A DNA stretch of 64,000 bases from Octopus sinensis (lineage: Eukaryota): the NCBI RefSeq assembly GCF_006345805.1, contig NC_043024.1, positions 17,670,001 through 17,734,000 of the forward strand, given 5' to 3'. The notes below the pieces were generated by a model. That model was given only the letters and a program-made list of their open reading frames with translations. It ran no database searches and was not told where the DNA came from. This document shows positions 51,255 through 64,000 of this stretch, in pieces. How positions within the stretch are numbered: the first letter of the stretch is position 1; each line of letters opens with the position of its first letter. Made by a program: the position numbers and the translations under genes.

Positions 51255-51960
51255 ACACATTCTTTCACCATGACCACCAGTACAATGAAAACTGCCTTGC
51301 CTTCTGGTTAAGGGAAGGTGGTGGAGCACTTTTCAGGATAGACTCAGCTGACAACCTAATTCATCCATGTGGCAGCAGCCATTCGCCATAAGCCCACAGG
51401 TCTAAAATAGTTGGACACTGCACAAGTGCATGCAGAATGGTTTCGTCACTCTGACTGCATCCTAGTCAAGTTGGTCCAGTGTATCTCAAGCTGTGCCTGT
51501 AGAGCTTATCCCAAACAGGCAGAGCTTCCTGATAGCACTGCCAGGCCAGGGATCTCTGGTGATTATCCATAGGTCCCGGCCCAAAAGTTGTCCTGAACAG
51601 GCGGCTCAGGTGTTCCTTGTCAACACCCAGATTGTCCCCAGGAACGTTGTCGCACCTACCCTCCACTAATCCTCTATAGAAAACCTTCATGGAATTGAAG
51701 TTGCACAAGTTTGGTCCCAGATGGCAGAGTCACTTGAGAACAAGACAGCACTCACAGTGCCATTTGCCTAGCCTCGGTCTCTGTTTGATCAATGACTGCA
51801 GCTCGGCCAAACAGACAAGTTGCAGGAAAGCACGCCTCACAAACGGTGACCACAACTGTTCACTATCATCTATGAAGTGCTAGAGATGTCATAGTCTCAG
51901 CACATGTCTGTTCTTCATCAGCCACGGCATGCCCAGCCCTCCATTTAGCAGGTGTCGACA
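51255..51960 (-). mobile_element. Tx1/L1-clade LINE ORF2 C-terminal fragment with zf-RVT-like zinc knuckle, pseudogenised
   Basis: One frame with stops: SLAWQCYQEALPVWDKLYRH...GPT*LGCSQSDETILHALVQCPTILDLW, the C..C...ET..H....C motif of L1/Tx1 ORF2. Confidence 0.8.
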
Positions 51961-51968
51961 GCAAAAGA

Positions 51969-52016
<48 letters not shown>

Positions 52017-52204
52017 GTAGATAGATAGACAGAGGTGGATAGGTAGATAGATAGATTGACAGACTTATACTGGTTTTTGAGTGGGCTTTAGCTACTAATA
52101 TCTCTTTATATGTATATATATGTGAGTGCATGTTTATGTGTATTTACCATACTCTCTATCTGTTGTGTGTGTGTATGTATGTGTATACATATATATTTGT
52201 ATCT

Positions 52205-52243
<39 letters not shown>

Positions 52244-54232
52244 CCACATGATTGGCACTCATGCCAGTGGAACATTAAAACCACCATCTGAGCATGATTG
52301 TTGCCAGGGCCACTGATTGGCTCTCGTGCCAGTGGCACATAAAAAGCTCCATTCAAGCATGATTGTTGCCAGCATCACCTTACTGGCACATGTGCCAGTG
52401 GTACGTGAAATGCAACATTCAAGCATGGTCATTGCCAGTGCCGCCAGACTGGCTCCCTTGCAGGTAGCACATAAAAAGCACCTCTTGAGTGTGGTCATTG
52501 CCAGTACCGCCTGGCTGGCACGTAAAAGCGCCCACTACACTCTCATAGTAGTTAGCATTAGGAAGGGCATCCAGCTGTAGAAACTTTGCCGGATAAGATT
52601 GGAGCCTGGTGCAGCCATCTGGCTCGCCAGTCCTCAGTCAAATCATCCAACCCATGGAAAGCAGGCGTTAAACAATGATGATGATGATATATATATGTAT
52701 AAAAAGAGAGAGAGAGGAGGAGGAAGAGGAGGATATATTATCATTTTCCGTGTGTGTGTGTGAGTGAATATGTGTATGAGTGGGTATGTGTCAGTGTGTG
52801 CTAGTGTGTGTCTGTGCAAATATGTTTGTCTTTGCATGTCTCTGAATTGACCCCATTTCAGCTCTGCTCACATTGTCTGTCCCCCATAAATAAAATGAAG
52901 TGAAGTAAGGCACTTCAGTTACCATATTCGATGGCATTGAAGATGCCACTTTTCTTTCAAAAAGCAGGTCTCAAAAGCTTCAACCCAGGTCCAATATATG
53001 AAGTTGGGCGTTAATGCCCTGAAAACCTTTTCCCCCTCAAAAAAGCACAGTTGAAATAAGCCTGTGTGATGTCTCTCATGTGATCGAATACAGAAAAAGC
53101 AAAGGTTGGCCTCAGGAAGAGCATCCAGCTGTAGATCCTGGCTCTAAGGAACCTCTTGTCAATTATTTAACCTCTGTCAAGTATTGACAAGAAAGGATCC
53201 CCTATTGGAAGTGTGTGTGTATGTGTGAATGTGTGTGTCTATATGTATGTGTGTGTAGGCATTGTGCATCAAGATAGAGGCAGGTGTCTCCAATAACGAA
53301 ACATGTTCTCTCATTCTCTCTGTTTCTCATTGTTCCTATCTTTTTCCATCTCTGCTTTCTTCTTGCTCTCTTTCCCTTTCTCTCTCTCTCTCTCTCCCTC
53401 ACTCTTTTGATCTTTCTCTCCTCTCTTTTCTCACTTCTGTCACTCCAGCTCTCTCTTTCTCTCTAACCTCCTCTATTTCTTCTGTCTTTCCTCTTTCACT
53501 CTTCATTCCTCTGCTCCCACCCACCCATTCTACTTGCAACCAAAGAAAATAGCCTCCAGCTACTTAATTAAACCATATTACATCGTCACCTCCATCAAAA
53601 CATTTTCCCCTCCAGGGGAAATATGTACTCACATCAAGCAATAAAATTAAGTTCTGCTTTTTGTATTTTTTCTGTTCTTTCCTTTTCTTAACACATTTTC
53701 TTCTTGCTATTTTTGTTGTGGTTTACCTTGGACTACCCCTCCTTGACATCTCCCTCTTCCCTCCCCTTCCCCTCTGCCTCTTCCCCCTCCCCTCGATAAC
53801 AATGTTATATGAAATGGTAAAAAGTTAAGGTAAACAAGCAAAAACAAATTTTCCTAAATATAATTAATTAGTTTAAGCATTGTTGTTGTTGTTACAGGTG
53901 TTCATGTTGACGGTAGGTGGGTGGAAGGGGGCATATTGTCTTGCACTTGTAGGTGTTATATTTACTGATGGTGTTTGCGGTGATAATGACGATGACAATG
54001 ATGCTACTACTGTTGTTGATGCTGATGATGGTGATGACAATGATGCTGTTGATGATGATGATTACGATGATGGTGATAATGACGATGAGGCTGTTGATGT
54101 TGGTGATGATGATGATGGTGATGGAGATGATGTTTATGATGATGATGATAGTGATAGTAATGATGATGATGATGGTGATGATAATGGTGATTTTGATGAT
54201 GTTGATGATAGTGGCGGTGGTGGTAATGATGG

Positions 54233-54263
<31 letters not shown>

Positions 54264-54886
54264 GATGATGATTTCGATGATGGTGATGATGATGATAATG
54301 ATGAGGGTGAGGCCCTTTCTGTTGTTGATGTTCTTTTTAGTTTTGCTGTTACTGTTGTTCTTGTTTGTATTTATGTTGCTCATCATAACATCACGTTAAG
54401 ACTGGCTCACGACCATCCCTCACTTAATACTCCCATCATCATCATCATCAACAACACCACCACCACCACCACTATGGAAGCCTGCCAACGTTGTCCAGCC
54501 TCTCCCTCGCTACCATCATCTTAAAGAAAAAAAAGGAAAGACACAATTTATAAACTGTCAAACTACCTGCAAAATAAAAAGTAAAGATAAGATGATCACG
54601 ACTGGAATGTCTTTGATCATTGTTCTCCTGTTGAATGTGGGTTAACCTGGGGCTAAAGGATAACAATATTCTTCAACAGAATCTGCACAAAATTGTGATG
54701 AGCTTTTTTTTTTAATTTTTTTTTTTTGCTTTGATTTCTAATTAGAGTTTGTGTGTTTGGATGTGACTGGATAAAGCAATAGGCACACACATTCCTACAC
54801 GTCTGTATGTCTGTGAGTGTATATATGTATGCATGTATGCATTTATGTATGTATGTATGTAGTATGTATGTATGTATGTATGCATG

Positions 54887-54919
<33 letters not shown>

Positions 54920-56538
54920 ATGTATATGTATATATGCATGCATGTATGTAGTATGTATGTATGTATGTAACACATGTATATATATATGTATATGTATGTA
55001 TATATGTATGCATATATGTAGTATGTATGTATGCATGTATATATATATGTATATATATATATGTGTATATATGTATGCATGTAAATAGATAGATAGATAA
55101 TTAGACAGACAGACAGACAGACAGATAGATAGATAATTAGACACATAGAGAGACAAACAGACAGATAGATAGATAAATAGACAGAAATATAGACAGACAG
55201 ACAGATGGATAGATAGAGAGATGAAAAGACAGTTAGACACACAGACAGATAAGCTGGTAGACAGATGAGACAAGCACACATTTACACATATTTGTGTGCA
55301 TGCCGCTAGAGACAGGTATAGTACACACATCCACACACACACGTGTACATGTGTGTGTGTTTTCAAAGCCATTTGTACTCTTAACATCATCTTCGTTTAG
55401 GTTCAACATGACATGCCTTGGAACTAAACTGGCTTTGCAAATAAGGTGTGCATATGTATGTGCAAGTATATGTGTGTGTGGATGTGTGTGTGTGTATGTT
55501 CTTTATTTTTTTATTTGTTTCAGTCATTTGATTGCGGCCATGCTGGAGCACTGCCTTCAGTTGAATGAATCGATCTCAGGACTTATTCTTTGTAAGCCTA
55601 GTACTTATTCTGTCGGTCTCTTCCACCAAACAGCTAAGTTACAGGATGTAAACACACCAATATCAGTTGTCAAGTGGTGGTGGTGGGGGGGGGGGCAAAC
55701 ACAGACACAAACATATCTACACACACACACACGACGGGCTTTTTTCATTTTCCATGTACCAAATCCACTCACAAGGCTATATTAGAAGACACTTGCCCAA
55801 GGTGCCATGCAGTGGGACTGAACCTGGAACCATGTGGTTGGTAAGCAAGCTACTTATCACACAACCACACATATATATATATATATGTATGTATATATAT
55901 ATGTATGTATGTATGGTAAGAAGCTTGCTTCCCAACCACATGGTTTGAAGTTCAGTCCCACTGCGTGGCACCTTGGACAAGTATCTTCTATTGTATCCTT
56001 GTTAGTAGATTTGGTTGATGGAAACTGTAAGAAGCCCATCGTGTGCATGTGTGTGTATTTGTGTGTGTGTGTGTGTGTGCTTGTGTTTGTCCCCCACCGG
56101 TATTGGTGTGTTGACATCCCTATAACTTAGCAGTTCAGTGAAGGAGACCAATAGAAAAAGTAGCTGCTTAAAAAAATCTCCTGGGGACAATCCATTCAAC
56201 TAAAAGTTGGTCCGTGCGGTGCCCCAGCATGGCCACAGTCAAAGGACTGAAACAAGTAAAAGATAAAAGATAAAGATGTGTGTGTGTTTGTGTGTGAAGG
56301 TGCATGACCTATTATCATAAGATTGTGGTTTCAATCCCAAGACTGGTTAGCATGTTGTATCCTGGAGCAAAAACATGTAATTTCCTCTCACCCCAGTCTG
56401 CTCAGCTGTAAACAAGTACCAAACAGTGCTAGTGCTTCCCTCTTTCTGCCTCCATCTGTCACATCTTTCATATTCTACTGGATCAAGAATGGGAGGGCCA
56501 GGGAGGACTGTCTGTGTTTGTTCACAACTACAAACATA

Positions 56539-57999
56539 TGGTAATCCCTCGACTATCGCAAGTGTTACATTCCAGAATCCCCAGCGATAAGTGAAAATCC
56601 GCCAAGTAGAAACATTACTGTATATTTTTTTATATTTTTATAATTTGTATATATTTATTTTATTATAAATGCAAAATAACACCACACACTCACCTCCTGA
56701 GTTTTGTTTTCCATACAGTATGCACGATTCTTTGTTTACTTATCTATGGTACACTTAAGTATTTTCTTTAGATGTATTTTAATTAATGTATTATACACTG
56801 CAGTACCGTATTGTATTTTTACCTCCGCCTTAGCAAAGCAGAGGTATTGTTTTCAGTTGTGTTTGTTTGTTTGTCTGTGGACAAGATATCTCAAGAACCA
56901 CTGGATGGACTCAGATGAAACTTTCAGGGATGTTTGGCCTTGTGAATGACATAAACTGATTAAATTTTGGGATCAATCTGGTACCAAATAAGGATTCTGG
57001 ATTATTTTTCTGTTTTATTTTTTTTCTTAATTTTTGAGAGTGGTCAGGCTCATTTTTATTATTCTCGTTTGTGAGAGTAGTCAAGTTTATTTCAGATATT
57101 CTCATTTTAAAAATCATCATTGAGAGGACATTGGTGTTGCTTTGGTGGAGGTTTTTGCTCTTGTTATTTATTAATTTTTAGGCATGAAAGTGTTTATTTT
57201 ACCACAGAAATAATTAAAATCTAAGAAAATATAAATACCTTTCAGCTGCAGAAACCCGCAATATACTAAGGAGTCTGCGATATAAATTAGCCAGAAAAAT
57301 TCGCAACACACTGAGGGCACAATAGGTGAACCATGATAGGGTAAGGGATATTATTTACATTATTTACATTTGACGGATATTTGTCCTCATCTTGTTTATT
57401 GCTAACACAATGTTTCGGCCTTCATCAGGTGTCTTGGAGAAATTTCAAACCTAGGTTCTCATTCCTAAGGATTTTTCCGATGTTATTATTATCATTATTG
57501 AGTGAGAGAGCAGTGCATGCCATCAAAGTGACAGTGAGGTAAAATATACGAAGCCCAGTATACCCATCGTGACTACCTGTCTGATAAGGGTGCACCAGGC
57601 ACATGCATCACAACCATATGTGCACGACATGGTGATCTCATATCAAGATAGACAGCACATGACCTTGCAGGTGGAGCCCAGTTAGAATTTTCTTCTGGTC
57701 GAATAACTCATCCCGCTCAAAAGGTCCCTGAATAAGGGTTGTTTAAGGATGTTGAACGAAAGATTCTGAGTTCAATTCCAGTCAGTGACCTGAATAATAA
57801 TAACAACAACAACATCATCATTAAAAAAATACCTTAGGAATGAGAACCCAGGTTCAAAATTTCTCCAAGACACCTGATGATGGCTGGAGTGTCTATCAGC
57901 TGAAACATGTTAACAACAAACAAGATGAGGACAAATATCCGACAAATGCAAATAATTCCTCATCTCTTAAATATAGAACTGTATAGCAAGGGATTACTG
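56539..57999. mobile_element. Tigger/pogo-like non-autonomous element hosting two nested insertions
   Basis: TA|tggtaatccctcg ... caagggattactg|TA termini. Contains inserts at 56817-57160 and 57357-57955. Confidence 0.65.
57357..57955. mobile_element. Fold-back pair of hammerhead-bearing retroposon ends
   Basis: 57357-57499 is the inverted copy of about 57800-57955. Each carries gacac-ctgatga-...-gaaac (57404-57433 minus, 57869-57911 plus). Confidence 0.75.
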
Positions 58000-58263
58000 T
58001 ACATGAAAATAGTTAAACCAGTGGAAGGGTAATACAGGCCATCTGGTTACATTCTCTCACAAGGGATTCTAATGTTTTGTTTTATACACATCCACACGCA
58101 CACAGTCATGCATGCATGCATGTGTAAAACAAGCTCTGTACCCCTGAGTCATTAACATAGCTTCTCAGCTGCAATAAAATCATACAAGCACTCTGTTTTA
58201 TGTATTGAGTTCTGTTTTTGCATAAACTATTTTTTTATACACATACACACACACATGCATATA

Positions 58264-58651
58264 CAGGGTTATTCAAAAAGAAAGAGCAGATTTCAAATTT
58301 ATTTTTAAAACAAACGGTAAGAGACACATTCTACATATTTCTTGATAGGGAAAAGTTTAAAGTTTATAGTTGAACATGATCAATTGAATTAAGCCTTAAA
58401 TAAAATAATGTTTTAATGGCGACACCACAAGAAAAGTCTTTTTGTGCTGCAGTTTGAGAAATGCAAATTGATTGTGCAAGTGCAATGTCGCTGCCAATTC
58501 AATAAAAATCCAACTTGTCACAAGCAAATTTACAAATGGCATAAAAATTTCACAGTAAAAGGTTTCAATGTTTGTCGAGCAACACGTGGTGCTCATGTTG
58601 AGTGCATACTACCTTAAAATAAACTTTAAACCTTCCCCTATCAAGAAATAT
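58264..58651 (+). mobile_element. Deleted Tc1/mariner-superfamily (maT-like) element, right end cut by a SINE
   Basis: TA|cagggtt start, inner inverted repeat 58335-58367 / 58619-58651, and frameshifted MATPQEKSFC/VLQFEKC...KQIYKWHKNF resembling the N-terminal HTH of this transposase group. Confidence 0.7.
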
Positions 58652-59136
58652 CTGTGTGGTAAGTAGCTTGCTTACCAACCACATGGTTCCGGGTTCAGTC
58701 CCATGACGTGGCACTTTGGGCAAGTGTCTTCTACTATAGCCTCGGGCCAACCAAAGCCTTGTGAGTGGATTTGGTAGGCAAAAAGTGAAAGAAGCCCTTC
58801 ACATATATATGTACATATGCATATATATGTTTGTGTGTCTATATATACATATATATATATATGTGTTTGTGCATCTATGTTTCTCCACCCCTCACCATCA
58901 CTTGATAACCAATGTTGGTGTGTTTACATCCCCATAACTTAGCAGTTTGGCAAAAGAGACAGGTAGAATAAGACTTATAAGGAATAAGTCCTGGGATTGA
59001 TTAGTTCGACTAAAGGCAGTGCTCCAGCATGGCTGCAGTCAAATGACTGAAGCAAGTAAAAGAATAAAAGAATATATATATCTATATCTATATATATATA
59101 TATATATATAGCTAGATGTGTATGTGTGTCTATATA

Positions 59137-59167
<31 letters not shown>

Positions 59168-59263
59168 TATACACAAACACACACACAGACATATATGTGC
59201 ATATGTATAACAGATAAATTAATGTATGTATACTTGTCTGTGTGTGTGAATTTATATACATAC

Positions 59264-59310
<47 letters not shown>

Positions 59311-59471
59311 TACATATATATATATATATGTATATATATATACATATATATGTATATATATATATGTATATATATATATATGTATGTATATGTATATATG
59401 TATATATATATATGTATGTATATGTATATATGTATATATATATATATGTATGTATATATATAATATATATG

Positions 59472-59537
<66 letters not shown>

Positions 59538-60019
59538 TATATACATATATATGTATATACATATATATATATACATATATATATACATATATATATGTAT
59601 ATACATATATGTACATATATATATATATACACACACACACATATATACATATATACATGCATATATATATATACATACATGCACACACACTCACATATAT
59701 ATGTGCATATGTATAAATGAACGTATAAATACTTGCGTGTGTATGTGAATTTGTATGCATACAGACATACATATCCTGATGTGGACATGCCTCTGTAATC
59801 TTTTTCCATTGTCTGCCTTGTAAACACAATCATGCCTCAATGCACGCACTGATGCACAGACGCACACACTGGGTTGCGTGATTTCTTAGGTTTCATGATT
59901 AAGGAAAGAAGGGAAAAAATCTATTTCTCACATTTTGACTTTTATCTTGTGGATGAGAATCAATCTTGTTGTATTTGTCGTTACTGATGTTGTTGTAACT
60001 GGGATTGTGTTGCTGCTGC

Positions 60020-60050
<31 letters not shown>

Positions 60051-61006
60051 GCTGTTGTTGCTGGGATTGTTGTTGCTACTGTTGTTGCTGTTCTTATTGT
60101 TGTTGCTGTTCTTGTTGTTGTTGCTGTTGTTGTTGTTGTTGTTGCCACTATTGTTGCTGTTGTTGTTGTTGTTGTTCTTATTGTTGTTGGTGGTGGTGTT
60201 GAGGCTGCTGCTGCTTTTATTGTTGTTGTTGCAGTTACTGCTGCTGTTGTTGTCCCTGTTGCTGCTGGCGCCCTCATTATTTGTTCTTGTAACTGCTGCT
60301 GTTGATGCTGCTGCTGATTATCATAATGGTCATGGTAGGGGTGAGGGTGGGGGTATTGGTGGTGTTGCTCCTGTTGGTGATGACGACGACGGTGTCATTC
60401 AGTCTTGTTGATGATGACAATGATGATATTTTAGTTGCTGTTGTTGTTGATGTTGTTGTTGCTGTAGTTGCTGTGTGTGTCGATATTTCAATTGGTTTTC
60501 ATTAAGTTAACGAAGTAAGATCTTATCGAATCAAAACCCAGATGTAAATATAACAACCGCCGAAGGGATAAAACATACATTACATATATATATACATACA
60601 TATATATATACACACACACACACACGCATAATACACACACACGCACATATAATACACACACACATATGATACACATGCACACATAATACACACACAACAC
60701 ACACACACTGAAAAAGCTGTCAACTTATGGAATAAGTGTCCATTCTCTCACTTCACTTCTCTGATCTGGTCGAGTTTTATATACATACATACATATATAC
60801 ATATATATAGTTACTCCAAACATGAACAAAGAAAAAAACACAACAACACGAGGATGTGGAACAAGTATAGTGTTATTGAACGCTCAGGAAAGGAAACAAA
60901 GAAGGAGGATTTAACGTCTTGAGCGAAGCTCTTCATAAAAATCTAAAAGTCCAAAGAAGGGAAGACAGAGAAAGAAAATCGCCGATAGACACGTGGTCAC
61001 GCACAC

Positions 61007-62395
61007 ATCATCATCATCATCATCATCATTTAACGTCCGCTTTCCATGCTAGCATGGATTGGACGATTTGACTGAGGTCTGGCGTACCAGACTCCAATCT
61101 GATCTGGCAGAGTTTCTACAGCTGGATGCCCTTCCTAACACCAACCACTCCGAAAGTGTAGTGGGTGCTTTTACGTGCCACCGGCACAAGGGCCAGTTTG
61201 GTGGTACTGGCAATGGCCACACCCAAATGGTGCTTTTTATATGCCACCTGCACAGGAGCCAGTCCAGCGGCACTGTCGATGATCTCGCTCGAATATTTCA
61301 CATGCCATCAGCACAAGTGCTAGTAAGGCAGCGCGGTAACAATCACACTTGAAAAGTGTGCTTAACCTGCCATCAGCACAGAGGCCAGCTTGTTGCTCTG
61401 GCAACGATCTCACTCGTATGATACTCTTAGCGCTCCACTAGCAACAGATGCCAGTCACTGAGTTTGATTTCAACTTCGATTTTCACTTGCCTCAACAGGT
61501 CTTCGCAAGCAGAGTTTAGTGTCCAATGAAGAAAGGCACACATAAGTGGACTGGTTACACCTCTAGCATAGGCCACAAGGTTATGGTCACACTTGCGCTT
61601 GCCGAGTCTTCTGCAGCACAGTATATATTTCCAGAGGTCCTGGTCACTAGTCATTGCCTCGGTGAGGCCCAATGTTTGAAGGTCATGCTTCACCACCTCA
61701 TCTCAGGTCTTCCTGGGTCTACCTCTTCCACAGGTTCCCTCAACTGCTAGGGTGTGGCACTTTTTCACACAGCTATCCACATCCATTCTCGCCACATGAC
61801 TATACCAGCACAGTCATCTCTCCTGCACACCACATCTGATGCTTCTTAGGTCCAACCTTTCTCTCAGGGCACTAACTCTCTGTCGAGTATGCACACTGAC
61901 ATTACACATCCATCAGAGCATGCTGGCTTCATTCCTTGGAAGCTTACGCATATCCTCAGCAGTCACGGTCCATGTAGCATGGCTGTTCATAAACATGCAT
62001 CGTACAGTCTACCTTTTACTCTGAGCGAGAGGCCCTTTGTCACCAGCAGAGGTAAGAGCTCTCTGAACTTAGCCCAGGCAATTCTTATTCTAGCAGCTAC
62101 ACTTTCAGTGCACCCTCCCCCAATACTGACTTGGTCACCTAGGTAACAGAAGCTATCAACTACTTCTAGTTTTTCTCCCTGGAATGTGGCGGAAGTTGTT
62201 CTCTGAACATTTTCAGTGTTTTTTATAGCACCTGAGCATCTGCCACATACGAAAACTATCCTCACAGTTAGCCTTCCTTTGATAATGCTGCACCTCTTAT
62301 GTGTCCAGAGCTTACACTGGATACATCTTATAAAGTTTCTACCTACGCCTTTTCTACAGATCAAGCAGAGCCATCTACCTGAAGGGTTTGTGGTT
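61007..62395 (-). mobile_element. 5'-truncated RTE-clade LINE (RT C-terminal half, 3' UTR, (ATG)n tail)
   Basis: ORF 61987..62364: CIQCKLWTHKRC...VCGRC...LEVVDSFCYLGD...RIRIAWAKFRELLPLL...LRVKGRLYDAC, continuing to VKHDLQTLGLTEAMTSDQDLWK. Confidence 0.93.
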
Positions 62396-62438
62396 TGCCT
62401 GCCTTCCTACTTATTAGGACTTTAGTTTTAGCTACACA

Positions 62439-62501
<63 letters not shown>

Positions 62502-62587
62502 TACATATATATTTCTATTTATATGTACATATATATATATATATATATCTATATTACATATATATTACATATATATTTCTATATATA

Positions 62588-62988
62588 GGCGCAGGAGTGG
62601 CTGTGTGGTAAGTAGCTTGCTAACCAACCACATGGTTCCGGGTTCAGTCCCACTGTGTGGCATCTTGGGCAAGTGTCTTCTGCTATAGCCCCGGGCCGAC
62701 CAATGCCTTGTGAGTGGATTTGGTAGACGGAAACTGAAAGAAGCCTGTCGTGTATATGTATGTATGTGTGTTTGTTTGTGTGTCTGTGTTTGTCCCCCTA
62801 GCATTGCTTGACAACCGATGCTGGTGTGTTTATGTCTCCGTTACTTAGCGGTTCGGCAAAAGAGACCGATAGAATAAGTACTGGGCTTACAAAAAGAATA
62901 AGTCCCGGGGTCGAGTTGCTTGATTAAAGGCGGTGCTCCAGCATGGCCGCAGTCAAATGACTGAAACAAGTAAAAGAGTAAAAGAGTA
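62588..62988 (+). mobile_element. SINE family 1, best full-length reference copy
   Basis: tRNA-like head ggcgcaggagtggctgtgtggtaag...gggttcagtccc, conserved core, TG microsatellite, tail ggcggtgctccagcatggccgcagtcaaatgactgaaacaagtaaaagag. Confidence 0.95.
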
Positions 62989-63310
62989 TATATATATATG
63001 TACATAAATATATATACACACACACACTCATGTATATACATACACACACTCACACACACACACACACGCATACACACATTTACATATGCACACACACACA
63101 CGTTTAACAAAAGAGGAAAGTGGAAATTTTTTGGTTTTATTTATTGTCCATTATTTCATAATTCACAATTTTAATATGTATTTTGAGTAACACACAACAG
63201 CAACTGTGACCACACATAGGGTTTGTAATAATGGAATAAGCAGATGTTCTTCATAAGACAAAAGCTGAGATTATCCTAATTACCTATATAATAAATATAT
63301 ATATTCTTAG

Positions 63311-63498
63311 CAAGGTTACCAATGGTTTCATGTAAAGAGGGATCTGTTATCAATTACCAATTGTCATGTGTGACATGAACTTATATATGTAACTTGGTGT
63401 ATCCTCATCCAATATGGAGACAAGTAGCAGCTTTCTTATGTGGCAGGATCAATAATTGTTGAGAGACTGCTTGTTGCATGAAACATTTGGTAACCTTG
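63311..63498. mobile_element. Small MITE-like element with 22-bp imperfect TIRs
   Basis: caaggttaccaatggtttcatg / catgaaacatttggtaaccttg. No clear TSD. Confidence 0.55.
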
Positions 63499-64000
63499 TT
63501 AATCCACAAATACAGAATATTTATTCACTATTGTCGTATTGAGCATACTCATTCTCATCACTGTTTGATATTAGCATGTCTGTGTATATATCATCATCAT
63601 CATCATCATCATCGTTTAGCGTCCGTTTTCCATGCTAGCATGGGTTGGACGGGTCAACTGGGGTCTGTGAATCTGGAAGGCTTCGTCAGGCCCAGTCAGA
63701 TCTGGCAGTGTTTCTACGGCTGGATGCCCTTCCTAACGCCAACCACTCCGCGAGTGTAGTGGGTGTTTTTTACGTGCCACCTGCACAGGTGCCAGACAGA
63801 GCTGGCGAACGGCCACGAACGGATGGTGCTTTTACGTGTCACCGGCACGGGGCCAGGCGATGCTGGCAACGGACACGAACGGATGGTGCTTTTACGTGCC
63901 ACCGACACGGGGCCAGACAGAGCTGGCAACTGGCCACGAACGGACGGTGCTTTTACGTGTCACCGGCATGGGGGCCAGCCGAGGCTGGCAACGGACGCGA

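Noticed and set aside
53880-54524. 214-aa Asp/Gly-rich ORF
   Set aside because: It is a (GAT/GGT)n trinucleotide expansion open in multiple frames, with no splice or domain evidence. The same applies to 30141-30434 and the Leu/Cys-rich 59935-60411.
63762-64000. CRISPR-like appearance of regularly spaced palindromic repeats
   Set aside because: Units are contiguous tandem repeats without unique spacers, embedded in a LINE 3' UTR in eukaryotic DNA.

Overview
AT-rich, microsatellite-saturated animal genomic DNA. The repeat families look like those of an octopus or other coleoid cephalopod (inference from family recognition, not tested). Most of the window is intronic or intergenic repeat: at least four tRNA-derived SINE families, decayed LINE fragments (RTE, CR1-like, Tx1/L1-like), deleted DNA transposons and MITEs (three mariner types, a Tc1/maT-like element, Tigger/pogo, hAT, piggyBac-like, Helentron-associated-like) and long simple repeats. 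Nearly all ORFs in the supplied track are microsatellite or repeat artefacts. No protein-coding gene can be named. A phase-compatible chain of three small + strand exons (9693-9764, 13181-13245, 16554-16668) may be the 3' end of an unidentified gene. The most striking unexplained structure is a dense set of fold-back elements carrying minimal type I hammerhead-ribozyme-like motifs. These include a near-perfect 189-bp palindrome (41513-41701) with a hammerhead on each strand, and three motifs there share a variant CCGAnGA core. Other highlights are two SINE-into-SINE insertions at the same target site, two apparently locally templated insertions, and a ~14-kb CpG-retaining domain (about 11.2-25.2 kb) between CpG-decayed flanks.
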